Origin: Vibrio phage nt-1
Sequence record: HQ317393.2
DNA length: 24,000 bases
Strand: one strand, 5' to 3'
The position numbers were made by a program, and so were the translations under genes. The notes under the pieces were generated by a model. It worked only from the letters and a program-made list of their open reading frames with translations. It was not told the DNA's origin and did not search any database. Below, in pieces: positions 23,717 through 24,000 of this stretch; the first letter of the stretch is position 1, and every line of letters starts with the position of its first letter.

Positions 23717-24000
23717 ATGAATGCACAAACAATGACTAACGAACAAATTGCTAAACTATTCGACATGAAACTTTCATCAAATGGGTTTCAAGCGATTGAC
23801 AAAAAAGGTCGTGGTCATTTTCTAACAGATTTGCGTCAACGAGTCATGAAAGCTGAGAAGACTAAAGCGAAAGCAACAAAAACTCGTAAAGTTCGCGAAG
23901 AGCAAGAACCATCAGTATCGGCTGAAGATCTGCTTCATGAACTTCAATCAGAATCAAGTGATTACTGGTTCATTCGTGACACTCAACCTGGCATGGATTC
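23717..24000 (+). CDS. Hypothetical early protein, runs off the window, not in supplied ORF track
   Basis: ATG 23717, open to the end: MNAQTMTNEQIAKLFDMKLSSNGFQAIDKKGRGHFLTDLRQRVMKAEKTKAKATK…. Confidence 0.75.
   Translation, partial: MNAQTMTNEQIAKLFDMKLSSNGFQAIDKKGRGHFLTDLRQRVMKAEKTKAKATKTRKVREEQEPSVSAEDLLHELQSESSDYWFIRDTQPGMD

Noticed and set aside
1-24000. tRNA genes, CRISPR arrays, transposons, integrase or retron-like elements
   Set aside because: Intergenic gaps are mostly under 100 nt and none contained a recognisable tRNA cloverleaf or TTC arm, spaced repeats, or transposase/integrase/RT motifs.

Overview
This window is a compact, almost entirely plus-strand segment of a large lytic phage related to T4. 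I support that with these recognisable genes: gp61-type primase, dUTPase, DexA-type exonuclease, thymidylate synthase, unsplit gp39/60-type topoisomerase II large subunit, gp30-type DNA ligase, and a minus-strand Alt-like ADP-ribosyltransferase. Other recognisable products are MazG-like, Sir2-like and HAD proteins, two metallophosphoesterases, and a 61-aa protein with a textbook type IV prepilin N-terminus. Gene ends are frequently coupled (ATGA/TAATG). The most interesting signals are: (1) a recurring architecture in which promoter -10 elements and/or the SD or start codon lie inside perfect or near-perfect inverted repeats (608-656, 2859-2879, 5636-5675, 17373-17426, 18262-18297, plus a promoter-less hairpin at 17679-17714); (2) two 32-bp identical terminator hairpins whose stem contains a TTGACA -35 hexamer (9966-9997 and 18228-18259); (3) a self-contained late transcription unit at 608-2840 with a PD-(D/E)XK-like protein, a degenerate nucleotidylyltransferase-like protein and a Lys-tailed protein; (4) the pilin-like ORF; (5) Sir2-like and ADP-ribosyltransferase-like proteins with altered signature residues. 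No tRNA, CRISPR array or transposon was recognised. All family calls come from motif recognition by eye, with no database search.
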